Shown here in pieces: positions 8,682-17,544 of a DNA stretch of 42,042 nt. Within the stretch, counting starts at the first letter, position 1; each line of letters begins with the position of its first letter. Below the pieces are notes generated by a model. It saw nothing but the letters and a program-made list of their open reading frames with translations. It ran no database searches and had not been told where the DNA came from. The translations under genes and the position numbers were made by a program. The DNA comes from a virus (Duplodnaviria; Caudoviricetes). The stretch lies in the IMG/VR virus record IMGVR_UViG_3300037465_000326, positions 1 to 42,042 of that record. The stretch is one strand, 5' to 3'.

Positions 8682-9665
8682 ATGGCAGCGTTTTCGCACG
8701 TCAAGTCCAACACGATCGGCGATTTCACCGGTACGGTTACGGTCCACAATAGTGCCGGCGGTACGCAGACCGTCGCGGCTACGAATCTTGTACGGCCGAG
8801 CGATTGGAATAGCGTTCACAACGGCTATCAGACGCTTCTGGGTAACACGGATAACGCCTCCACATGGAGCGGTACTAACCTTCAATATAGTTTTGGCGCC
8901 GGCATTACCGGCAAGATATCCGGCAATACGCTAGAGTTCTCCGGCCCACAGTCCACCTTATCGGGCCGCGCGCTTGTGCCGTACGGGGGCCGAGGGGGGC
9001 CGATTCCGTTTGCGCAGTCTAGCGCCAGCCTGGGCCAGAACAGCCTTTATATCTATCCGCACATGCTGGATCATTATTTGACATGCGATCACATTCGTAT
9101 GCCGGTATTCGTCACGAACTCGTCGAGCGCGGCGGCGAGCGTGCAGAAAGGCGCGACGTTCCGATTCGGTATCTACACACGCGAGAACTCGACTCGTCTT
9201 AGTAGACTGTATTCGACGTCCTATACCATTGCCGCGTCGCATAACTCGAATGTTTCGTGGATGTTGTCGCTTGTTACCGCGATCGGCAACAGCACGTCCT
9301 ACAACACGCTCACGGCGTCGAGTGGGGGCATCAACTTGTCGGCGTCGCTGCACGGCGCGCGCGAGTTCATCATCCCGGTATCGTCGCTGCTGACGCCCGG
9401 CGAATATTTCTTCGCCGTGATGCAAAGCACGTCGTCGGCCGGCGCGGGTGGCAACGTTTTGAACATCTCGAATCTGGCGGTAGCCAATCAGACCTTCAAT
9501 CGGCCGGGCCAATCCACGAACGCCACCAATAGCGGATTCCACCAATACATGCTGTATGGAACCTATAGCGCCACCACGAACGCTTTTCCTGCCACGATCA
9601 ATAATACTCAAATAAATCAACTAGGTACGATGCCGATTTTGTTTGCGGCGATGGGGACCGTATGA
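8682..9665 (+). CDS. Ser/Thr/Asn-rich putative virion fibre/decoration protein
   Basis: VRPSDWNSVH N-terminal motif; very S/T/N-rich; C-terminal domain with RFGIY...LTPGEYFFAV. Confidence 0.65.
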   Translation: MAAFSHVKSNTIGDFTGTVTVHNSAGGTQTVAATNLVRPSDWNSVHNGYQTLLGNTDNASTWSGTNLQYSFGAGITGKISGNTLEFSGPQSTLSGRALVPYGGRGGPIPFAQSSASLGQNSLYIYPHMLDHYLTCDHIRMPVFVTNSSSAAASVQKGATFRFGIYTRENSTRLSRLYSTSYTIAASHNSNVSWMLSLVTAIGNSTSYNTLTASSGGINLSASLHGAREFIIPVSSLLTPGEYFFAVMQSTSSAGAGGNVLNISNLAVANQTFNRPGQSTNATNSGFHQYMLYGTYSATTNAFPATINNTQINQLGTMPILFAAMGTV

Positions 9666-10381
9666 TGAAACCTCAGCTTGTCGTCCAAGATTTCGGCGGT
9701 TGGCACAACCGGGACCTTGCCGGTACGCGCACGCGCGTTTTGCGCACGGGACATTGGCGCAAGCAGCGTATTATTGTGATCCTGCCCGCGGCGGAAACGA
9801 TTCCGGCCAAGGTGGCGTTGACGCATTGGAACCTGTGCTTCCCGCCTAACAACGGCGTGGCGCGTATCTTGGCTCTCGGCATGGAGGTTGGCGCGGCCTA
9901 TTCCAGGGCAATCGAGGAAGTATTGGCACATCCGGAACTTAGCAAGTGGGAGTATTTGCTTACGATCGAGCATGACAACACGCCTCCTCCCGACGGCGTA
10001 TTGCGCCTGTTGGAACGTATGGAATCGGATAAAAAGCTTGCTTGTGTTGGCGGTCTGTACTTCACTAAGGGCGAGGGTGGCGTGGCGCAAATTTGGGGCG
10101 ACCCGAAGGACCCGGTGTTGAACTTTCGTCCACAACCTCCCGATCCGAACGGCGGGCTTGTCGAATGCTGCGGCACCGGTATGGGTTTCAATTTGTGGCG
10201 GCTCGACATGTTCAAAGATAAGAAACTGCGCAAGCCGTGGTTTCATACGCAGACCAAGGATGGCGTGGGAACGCAGGATTTGTATTTCTGGTCCGACGCG
10301 CGCAAGCACGGTTACCGCTGCGCCGTCGACTGTTCCGTTCGCGTCGGGCACTACGACGCGGCAACCGATACCAATTGGTGA
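9662..10381 (+). CDS. Glycosyltransferase-like protein (GT-A/GT2-like)
   Basis: YLLTIEHD (DxD-equivalent), VGGLYFTK, GTGMGFNLWR, TQDLYF (ED-equivalent) and VDCSVRVGH, in the order seen in phage GT2-like proteins. Confidence 0.7.
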   Translation: MMKPQLVVQDFGGWHNRDLAGTRTRVLRTGHWRKQRIIVILPAAETIPAKVALTHWNLCFPPNNGVARILALGMEVGAAYSRAIEEVLAHPELSKWEYLLTIEHDNTPPPDGVLRLLERMESDKKLACVGGLYFTKGEGGVAQIWGDPKDPVLNFRPQPPDPNGGLVECCGTGMGFNLWRLDMFKDKKLRKPWFHTQTKDGVGTQDLYFWSDARKHGYRCAVDCSVRVGHYDAATDTNW

Positions 10382-10384
10382 ACG

Positions 10385-10945
10385 ATGGCGCGCAAGGCGA
10401 AACTGGCTATTGTCGAGACGCCCCTGAAGCTCGATCTTGGCTGCGGCAAGAAAGTCGAGCCCGGATTTATCGGCGTGGATTCGCGCGCCTTCGGGCAGGA
10501 CATTGTGACCGATTTGACCGCCCGCTGGCCGTGGGACGATGGAACCGTCGAGGAAGCGCGGGCGTGCCATTTCATCGAGCACTTGACGGCCGCGCAGCGC
10601 ATCCATTTCGTCAATGAACTTCATCGTGTGCTCGTGCCGGGCGGCAAGTGTCAGATGATCGTTCCGAACTGGTCTTCTTGCCGCGCTTACGGCGATCTGA
10701 CGCATCAATGGCCGCCGGTCAGCGAAATGTGGTTCTACTATTTGAAGAAGGAGTGGCGCGACGAGAACGCGCCTCATAACGAAGGATATACTTGCGATTT
10801 CGAGGCGACGTGGGGCTACGGGATGCATCCGACCATCGCCGCGCGGAACCAGGAATATCAGCAGCACGCGCTGACGTTTTTCAAGGAGGCGGCGCAAGAT
10901 ATTGTCGCAACGCTGATTAAAAGGTGTCCTGACGATGCGCGGTAA
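10385..10945 (+). CDS. Class I SAM-dependent methyltransferase (Methyltransf_11-like)
   Basis: KLDLGCG motif I, GVD, HFIEHL, ELHRVLVPGG, GDLTH. Confidence 0.88.
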   Translation: MARKAKLAIVETPLKLDLGCGKKVEPGFIGVDSRAFGQDIVTDLTARWPWDDGTVEEARACHFIEHLTAAQRIHFVNELHRVLVPGGKCQMIVPNWSSCRAYGDLTHQWPPVSEMWFYYLKKEWRDENAPHNEGYTCDFEATWGYGMHPTIAARNQEYQQHALTFFKEAAQDIVATLIKRCPDDAR

Positions 10946-11888
10946 CTGGTGGCAGGCTTCTATCCAGACCGTCACGGCCGGATCGCCCGATACGTTCACG
11001 CTCGCGGATGTAAGTGGATTTCCGAATATAGACGATATATACGGCACGTCCGGAACATCGCCGGAATTGCTGTTTGTCATCAACCAATACACGGATTCCA
11101 CGCGCACCGCATTGTCGAAGGCGCAAATCGTGTGGGGGACGGTGGCGCTTTCGACGCTCGTTCTGACGCCGACGGCTATCGTCGCGACTTACGACGGGAG
11201 CGTCTATGACGATACGGACCCGGCCGAATTGAGTTTCACGGCCAGCGCCGATACTACGCGCGTATTCCAGGGGCCGATATCCGACCATTCGCTAAATCTG
11301 CATATCAAAAATCCTTACGATGGATGGTATTCGCATCCCGACGGGACGGAGGTGTGGGCGCCGGCAAATTATCTGTCGGAATTTTCGTCTTCGATCACCA
11401 TCTCCGCGGATACGATCTACTACGTTCCGTTCCTATGGCTGCACGCGCCCGATAGGCTTATTAAACGTGCGGCGATCGAATGCTATACTGCCGTCAGCGG
11501 AAAGAACGTAAGAACCGGTTTGTACATGATGGACAAGGGCAACGACGGCAAACCGGGCGATTTGGTGGCCGATTTCGGTCAGTTCAGCGTTGATACGACC
11601 GGCGTAAAAATAAATACATCCAGTTCCTGGACGAGCCCGACCGCCAATTTCCGTTTGGCGCCTGGGTGGTACTGGGCGGCCATTGTTAGCGACGGAGCGC
11701 CGGAGTTGGCTGGTCCCGAGCAGCTTATGCCGAGCGCGCTGCCGATGGTGAGCAGCCGCACCGGTCGTTATTTTACTCGCAGCATGACGTATGGCACGTT
11801 GGCCTCCAAGGGGTACAACAACGGTAGTGGTTCTTGGGGAACTCCGATAGTGAACACCATCGTACCCATGCTGTTTTTGGGGATGTAG
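10935..11888 (+). CDS. Putative virion fibre/decoration protein
   Basis: Beta-rich; C-terminal domain ADTIYYVPF...RTGLY...LAPGWYWAAI resembles that of 8682-9665. Confidence 0.65.
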   Translation: MRGNWWQASIQTVTAGSPDTFTLADVSGFPNIDDIYGTSGTSPELLFVINQYTDSTRTALSKAQIVWGTVALSTLVLTPTAIVATYDGSVYDDTDPAELSFTASADTTRVFQGPISDHSLNLHIKNPYDGWYSHPDGTEVWAPANYLSEFSSSITISADTIYYVPFLWLHAPDRLIKRAAIECYTAVSGKNVRTGLYMMDKGNDGKPGDLVADFGQFSVDTTGVKINTSSSWTSPTANFRLAPGWYWAAIVSDGAPELAGPEQLMPSALPMVSSRTGRYFTRSMTYGTLASKGYNNGSGSWGTPIVNTIVPMLFLGM

Positions 11889-11905
11889 CGTCGGGAGCGC
11901 AAAGC

Positions 11906-12352
11906 ATGAAGCCTATTGCGTATGTCGATCGGCCCGGCTTGCAGAAGGCGTTGAGCGACGCCGGTTGCCGCGTGGCGGAGATCGACGGCATATGGTACGC
12001 CGACAAAGCCGTCGCTGCGCAAAATATTGTCGATACTTTCGATCCACTGCCCGGTTTGATCGAAAAGCGGATCGAGGAATGTCGGCAAGATGTTCTCAGG
12101 CGGACCGAAGCGATCGTGCCGTTATGGCGGCAGATCGACATAGTGCGTGAAATGGCGGTTCTAGCTTTCGTTCCTGCACAGAATCGTACCTCGGAAGACG
12201 ATATCCGGTTTCAAGCATTGCAGGCGGAACTGATGTCGATCAGCGCTGTTTACGCGGCGGCCGTCGCCATCGAGGCATCGATAAGGGCAGAGACCGATTG
12301 GCACGTATTGGCCGCAATGCGTGTTTCCACTCTGCCCGCTTGGCCGGCGTGA
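11906..12352 (+). CDS. Hypothetical protein, possibly a fibre assembly chaperone
   Basis: GGGAG RBS before ATG 11906; helical; ends PAWPA, like tail-fibre-assembly proteins. Confidence 0.55.
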   Translation: MKPIAYVDRPGLQKALSDAGCRVAEIDGIWYADKAVAAQNIVDTFDPLPGLIEKRIEECRQDVLRRTEAIVPLWRQIDIVREMAVLAFVPAQNRTSEDDIRFQALQAELMSISAVYAAAVAIEASIRAETDWHVLAAMRVSTLPAWPA

Positions 12353-12603
12353 TCGGCGCTCTAACGCCGTTTGGCCTGCTGCCGCTTGGCCTGTTGCCTG
12401 GCGGCGCGGATATATCCGCCGAATTGTCGACGGGGTTCCAGCACGACGCTTTTCAAGGGGATGCGTTTCAGATATATGGGGGGACCGATGAGGGCGGGCC
12501 GGCGCCCACGCTGTCCGTCAATCCGGTACGGCGGGGCGGGCTTGTCGGGCCGGGGGGCTTGGCTGGCATTGGCGGCGGGCTCGTGGCGATGAGGGCTGAC
12601 TAA
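12349..12603 (+). CDS. Small Gly-rich protein with FQxDAFQxDAFQ motif
   Basis: GTGA overlap at the start and TAATG overlap at the end. Confidence 0.6.
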   Translation: MIGALTPFGLLPLGLLPGGADISAELSTGFQHDAFQGDAFQIYGGTDEGGPAPTLSVNPVRRGGLVGPGGLAGIGGGLVAMRAD

Positions 12604-13763
12604 TGGCATCCCTTGGCGATTTCGCGATCGACACCACGATTCATACCAAGTTTACGACGCGATCTTTCAGCACCGGTGCGCCCACGCAGCTTGCCGGTTC
12701 GCCTGAAGTTGCGATCTACGAAGACAACAGTACGACGGAAATAACCGGCGCCGAGACGCTGACCGTGGATTTTGACGGTCGAACGGGATTGAATCACCTG
12801 GTTATTGCGGCGACAAGTGCCAACGGCTTTGAAGTCGGCAAGTTTTACCAGGCGGTAATTGTTTCAGGCACAGTCGGTGGCGTTTCGGTTGTCGGCGAGG
12901 TCGTGTGCGAGTTCAGCATCGAGGCGACGGCCGCGCTTCGGCCGGCGACGAACGGCCGCGAGATCGTGCTCGATGTCAACGGCGGCGTCGATGTGCGGAC
13001 TTACGGCGGCACGGCCGGCACGTTCTCAGGCGGGCGACCGGAGGTCAACGCCACGCACGCGGGAGGCGTCGCGTGGGGCTCGGGCGCGATCACGGCGGCT
13101 AGTATCGCTAACGATGCCATTACTGCCGCCAAGATCGCCGACGGGGCTATCGATGCCGGCGCGCTGGCGGCGGATTGCATTACCGCCGCCAAGATCGCAA
13201 CTGGAGCTATCGATGCCGATGCCATCGCCGACGGGGCTATCGATGCCGGCGCGCTGGCGGCGGATTGCATTACCGCCGCCAAGATCGCCACTGGAGCTAT
13301 CGATGCCGATGCCATCGCCGACGGGGCGATCGATGCCGGCGCGCTGGCGGCGGATTGCATAACGGCTGCGAAGCTGGCAGCGGATGTTACCACCGAATTG
13401 CAGAGCGGGCTGGCTACGGCGGCCGCGCTAACGACCGTGGAGAACAAGATCGACACGATCGACGGGATCGTGGACTCCATCCTGGCCGATACGGGAACGG
13501 ACGGCGTGGTTGTGGCGGCGGCAAGCAAGTCGGACTATCGCTTGTCCGCTACGGGCGTAGACGATATCCTGGACGAGGTTATTGAGGGTTCCAACACTTT
13601 GCGGCAGTTCTTGCGTGGTTTCGCGGCGGCGCTGCTCGCCAAGGCGTCTGGCCTGGCCACTACGACGGCCGTATTCCGGGACGTGGGCGACACCAAGGAC
13701 CGCATTACCGCCACGGTCGACGCCAGCGGCAATCGTTCCGCCGTCACGCTGGATCTGACCTGA
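12603..13763 (+). CDS. Fibre-like structural protein with pentapeptide-type repeats
   Basis: ITAAKIADGAIDAGALAADC-type repeats between globular N- and C-terminal domains. Confidence 0.75.
   Translation: MASLGDFAIDTTIHTKFTTRSFSTGAPTQLAGSPEVAIYEDNSTTEITGAETLTVDFDGRTGLNHLVIAATSANGFEVGKFYQAVIVSGTVGGVSVVGEVVCEFSIEATAALRPATNGREIVLDVNGGVDVRTYGGTAGTFSGGRPEVNATHAGGVAWGSGAITAASIANDAITAAKIADGAIDAGALAADCITAAKIATGAIDADAIADGAIDAGALAADCITAAKIATGAIDADAIADGAIDAGALAADCITAAKLAADVTTELQSGLATAAALTTVENKIDTIDGIVDSILADTGTDGVVVAAASKSDYRLSATGVDDILDEVIEGSNTLRQFLRGFAAALLAKASGLATTTAVFRDVGDTKDRITATVDASGNRSAVTLDLT
13119..13362 (+). repeat. 90-bp (30-aa) tandem repeat
   Basis: AKIATGAIDADAIADGAIDAGALAADCITA repeated with near-identical DNA. 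Confidence 0.85.
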
Positions 13764-13900
13764 TGTTCGGCAACGCATGGTTCGGCCAGCGGTTTTACGG
13801 GGACCGATATTTCGGGCAGGGGGCAGGCGGGCCGGTGGAACCGCCCGTGGAAGGGCAGATACTGATACCCACCCTGGCGCGTCGCCGGCGCGGCCGTTGA
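13763..13900 (+). CDS. 45-aa microprotein (absent from the ORF track)
   Basis: TGATG coupling; translated by hand as MFGNAWFGQRFYGDRYFGQGAGGPVEPPVEGQILIPTLARRRRGR. Confidence 0.65.
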   Translation: MFGNAWFGQRFYGDRYFGQGAGGPVEPPVEGQILIPTLARRRRGR

Positions 13901-13931
13901 CGCTGGAAGGGGCGGCGTGTAGGAGAAGGCC

Positions 13932-14504
13932 ATGACATCGCAGACGGAAATTTGCAATCTGGCCTTGCAGAAGCTTGGCGTTTCCCGGATCAACGATCTG
14001 GATGACGACTCGCCGCAGGCGCGCATGATGCGCGTCGCGTACGAACCGATGCGCGACCTGGAGTTGTCGCAGCAGAATTGGCGGTTTGCCGTCAAGCGAG
14101 TTACGTTGGCGCCGCATACTACCGAGCCCGATTTCGCTTATTCCTATGCTTTTGTATTGCCGACCGATTTCCTGAAGGTCGTGTTCCCTGCCGAGAACGA
14201 CCTGGACTACTCGATCGAGAATCACGAGGGCTCGCTGGCCTTGTTGACGAACCAGACCACGGCGCTGGAATTGGTGTATATTGCGCGTATCACCGATACC
14301 ACGCGGTTTCACCCGACGTTCGTGGAAGCCCTGGCCGCGCGTCTGGCGTTGCAATGCTGCGAGGACGGCGCAGGGTCGAGTGCGAAGTGGGAGAGATTGG
14401 CGCAGGATTACAGAGCGGCCATCGTGTCTGCGCGCCGCCTTAATGGTTTTTTGCAGTTGCCGAAGGCGCCGCCCGAGGCGCCGTGGTTGCAGGTTCGTCG
14501 TTAG
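13932..14504 (+). CDS. Tail tubular protein A / adaptor (T7 gp11-like)
   Basis: EICNLALQKLG, WRFAVKR, LPTDFL, FVEALAARLA; AGGAG RBS. Confidence 0.88.
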   Translation: MTSQTEICNLALQKLGVSRINDLDDDSPQARMMRVAYEPMRDLELSQQNWRFAVKRVTLAPHTTEPDFAYSYAFVLPTDFLKVVFPAENDLDYSIENHEGSLALLTNQTTALELVYIARITDTTRFHPTFVEALAARLALQCCEDGAGSSAKWERLAQDYRAAIVSARRLNGFLQLPKAPPEAPWLQVRR

Positions 14505-16589
14505 ATGGCCATCGTTACGCCGGCACAGCGTCTTTTCACGAAGGGCGAAGTATCGCCGCTGCTTTCCGAGCGCAGCGACTACGATGGCTATGATTCCGCG
14601 TTGGCGCATTGTCTCAATCAGATTCCGCTGATCGAGGGTCCGCTGACGCGGCGCCCCGGCACTTATTACGCTGCGCCGGTTCGTTACAGCAACAAGTACA
14701 CCCGCCTTGTCGAGTTCAATTTTAACGACGAGCAGGCTTACGTCTTGGAATTTGGCGATCTTTATATGCGCATCTACATGGACGAAGCGCGTGTGGAAAG
14801 TCCGCCCGGTACGCCAGTAGAAATCGTTACGCCTTACTTGGAAGTCGATCTTCCGTTGCTACATTTTCAACAAAGCAACGATATTCTCTACATTACGCAT
14901 CCCGATTATGCGCCGCGACAGGTGAATCGTAGCGGTATTACGACATTCTCGATAACGACTTACACCAATCGCGACGGACCTTATCTGGCAGAAAACATCA
15001 CTAGCACAACGTTGACGCCAGCGGCAACGTCAGGAAGCGGCGTCACATTGACGGCTTCGTCTACCGCGGGCATTAACAACGGTGTCGGGTTTCGCTCGGG
15101 GGATGTTGGACGATTTGTTCGTATCAAGCACACTAACTGGGGTGTCGCCAAGATCGCGTCGTTTGTCAGCACGACGCAAGTTACCATCAATATCGAGGCT
15201 GGTTTTGACTCCGCAACGGCGTCGTCCGTGTGGCGGCTAGGGACGTGGAACTCTGCGGACGGCTACCCGACATGCTCGACCATTTTTGAAAGCAGGCACT
15301 GTTTCGGCGGTTCGGGCGCGTCGCCTTCAACAGTCGATCTTGGCGTATCGGACGACTATGGAAATTTCGAACCTAGCGAATTAGCCGGTTCGATCGCCGA
15401 TGATCACAGCTTGTTTGTCCGATTGGATAGCGATACGGCCGAGCGGATTCTGTGGCTGGCCGGCGACGAAAGGGGGCTTATTGTCGGTACAGGCGAAAGC
15501 GAATGGCTGATCCGGGGTTCGGAAGTGCAGCGCACGGTTGTCACGCCCACCAATCGTAACGCGAAACAAGTCTCGTACTACGGCAGCAAACATGTACAGC
15601 CGCGTCGCATCGAAAAGGCGTTGATGTTCGTGCAGCGCGCCGGCCGGGCGTTGCGCGAACTAGCCTACGTGTACGCGGATGATAAATTTAGCGGTCCCAA
15701 CATGAGCGTTACCGCCCAGCATCTGACGACTGGAAATGGCGGCATCAAGCATATGGCTTACGCAAAAATACCCCACTCTATATTGTGGGTTATAACTGAA
15801 GATTATCGTTTGCTTGGGTTTACGTACAATCGCGAACAGGCCGTTCTGGCGTGGCATCATCATACTATCGGCGGTAGCGATGTTGCGCCCGCGCAAGTGC
15901 GTAGCGTCGCGTGCATCCCCGCGCCAGACGGTACGTACACGCAAACGTGGCTGATTGTAAGGCGTCATATCGCCGGCATTGAAAAGCAATACGTAGAATA
16001 TATGGGGCCTGTTTGGGAGCACCGGCACGATAGTGACAAGTATACGGATGAGGAAGTCGCGTTGTTCAATCACTTAGATAGCGCTCTTACTTATGATGGT
16101 GTTTCCACCAGTGCCGTTACTGGCTTGGATCATTTGGCTAATCACGAGGTATCTGTGAGAGTCGACGGCGCGCGTCACCCTAATGTTACAGTTTCGTCGA
16201 GCGGATCGATTACGCTGAATTATCCCGGTCAACGTATTGTCGTCGGCTTGGATTACAATTCCGAAGGCACCAGCTTACGGTTTGACGCCGGCGCGCAAAA
16301 TGGTTCGTCGCAGGGTAAAAAGCAAAAAATACAGCATTGCCGATTCAAAGTTCGGGATACCAACCAAATGAAGGCGGGGCCGTCATTAGACAATCTTTCG
16401 GAGATACCGTTCCGTCGCTCGATAGATTCGACCGATACCGCGGTGCCCCTATTTTCCGGCATTGTGGAGGTTAAGCCGTGGGAAAGTGGTTTTGATGTAG
16501 AAGAATCGGTGTCGTGGAGGTTCAACGGCGGCGGACCCGCCACGCTTCAATCGATATTGCCGCGAATAAGCACGGAAGATGGCTCCTGA
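14505..16589 (+). CDS. Tail tubular protein B / nozzle (T7 gp12, P22 gp10-like)
   Basis: FTKGEVSP, GPLTRRPGT, LEFGDLYMR, FVQRAGRALRE, AWHHH; 694 aa. Confidence 0.9.
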   Translation: MAIVTPAQRLFTKGEVSPLLSERSDYDGYDSALAHCLNQIPLIEGPLTRRPGTYYAAPVRYSNKYTRLVEFNFNDEQAYVLEFGDLYMRIYMDEARVESPPGTPVEIVTPYLEVDLPLLHFQQSNDILYITHPDYAPRQVNRSGITTFSITTYTNRDGPYLAENITSTTLTPAATSGSGVTLTASSTAGINNGVGFRSGDVGRFVRIKHTNWGVAKIASFVSTTQVTINIEAGFDSATASSVWRLGTWNSADGYPTCSTIFESRHCFGGSGASPSTVDLGVSDDYGNFEPSELAGSIADDHSLFVRLDSDTAERILWLAGDERGLIVGTGESEWLIRGSEVQRTVVTPTNRNAKQVSYYGSKHVQPRRIEKALMFVQRAGRALRELAYVYADDKFSGPNMSVTAQHLTTGNGGIKHMAYAKIPHSILWVITEDYRLLGFTYNREQAVLAWHHHTIGGSDVAPAQVRSVACIPAPDGTYTQTWLIVRRHIAGIEKQYVEYMGPVWEHRHDSDKYTDEEVALFNHLDSALTYDGVSTSAVTGLDHLANHEVSVRVDGARHPNVTVSSSGSITLNYPGQRIVVGLDYNSEGTSLRFDAGAQNGSSQGKKQKIQHCRFKVRDTNQMKAGPSLDNLSEIPFRRSIDSTDTAVPLFSGIVEVKPWESGFDVEESVSWRFNGGGPATLQSILPRISTEDGS

Positions 16590-17053
16590 TGTATAGCTTT
16601 CGCCCTTTTCGCGCCGAAGACCTGTGGGGTATGTCTTTGCAACCCGAACAGGCGTGGGTAAAGACGGCGTTTGGTACGCTCGATCAGGCGCGTATGCTCG
16701 AAACGTCCTATAGCGAGACGTTACTAAGAGACGGAATCCCGGTGGCGCTGGCCGGAGCGGTGCCGATGGCGGTCAATATTTGCCGGATATGGGCTTATTT
16801 TCGCATCGATATCGCCCCCGGCGAAATGTTTAGCGCCGTGCGTTGGGGACGAGTGTTTTTGGAGGGATTGCCTTTTCGGCGGGTAGAGACTACTGTGGCC
16901 TGCGATTTTTTGCCCGGTCACCGGCTGGTGCGGATGCTGGGTTTTGGTAAACCGGAAGCCACGCGTTTGCGCCTATACGGCTACGAAGGGCAGGACGAAG
17001 CATTGTACGCGCGGGTAAAGGTCGACGGCCGATGGCAGCCTTCCTCCCCATAG
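16589..17053 (+). CDS. GNAT-like protein (T7 gp13 position)
   Basis: RRVETTV...HRLVRMLGF motif; located after the nozzle; TGATG coupling. Confidence 0.65.
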   Translation: MYSFRPFRAEDLWGMSLQPEQAWVKTAFGTLDQARMLETSYSETLLRDGIPVALAGAVPMAVNICRIWAYFRIDIAPGEMFSAVRWGRVFLEGLPFRRVETTVACDFLPGHRLVRMLGFGKPEATRLRLYGYEGQDEALYARVKVDGRWQPSSP

Positions 17054-17544
17054 CCGCGATCGGCCTGACGATCCTGGGCACGCTGTCGAGCGCGGCCGGG
17101 GCGAAGCAGGCCGCGAGCCAGAGCGCCGCGGCGGCGAACTATAACGCGGCAATCGCCGCCCAGAATGCCCAAATCGTGCGTCAGCAGGCTCAGGCCGATG
17201 CTATTCTTGCGCAACGCGAGGCGCGGCAGCGGATTGGAACGATTCGGGCGCAGTACGGGGCATCGGGCGCCGGTACACCGATCGATATTCTGACTCAAAG
17301 CGCAGAAGCTGCCGAACTCGACCGGCAGACCATAATATACCAGGGCGAGGTAGCGGCTACTGGGTACGAGAACCAGGCGGCCTACCAGCGATTCGTGGCA
17401 CGTAACGCCAAAAAACAAGGCAGTGCCCAGTCATCCAATATTCTTTTAGCCGGACTCGGCAAAGCCATTACTATGGTGCCGATCGGGGGTTTCGGCGGGG
17501 CGGGATCGTCGATCTACAGTGCCAGCGGCGGGACGGCCCCGTGA
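17032..17544 (+). CDS. Internal virion / ejection protein (gp14-like)
   Basis: Hydrophobic N-terminus, Ala/Gln-rich helix, RAQYGASG motif. Confidence 0.75.
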   Translation: MAAFLPIAAIGLTILGTLSSAAGAKQAASQSAAAANYNAAIAAQNAQIVRQQAQADAILAQREARQRIGTIRAQYGASGAGTPIDILTQSAEAAELDRQTIIYQGEVAATGYENQAAYQRFVARNAKKQGSAQSSNILLAGLGKAITMVPIGGFGGAGSSIYSASGGTAP

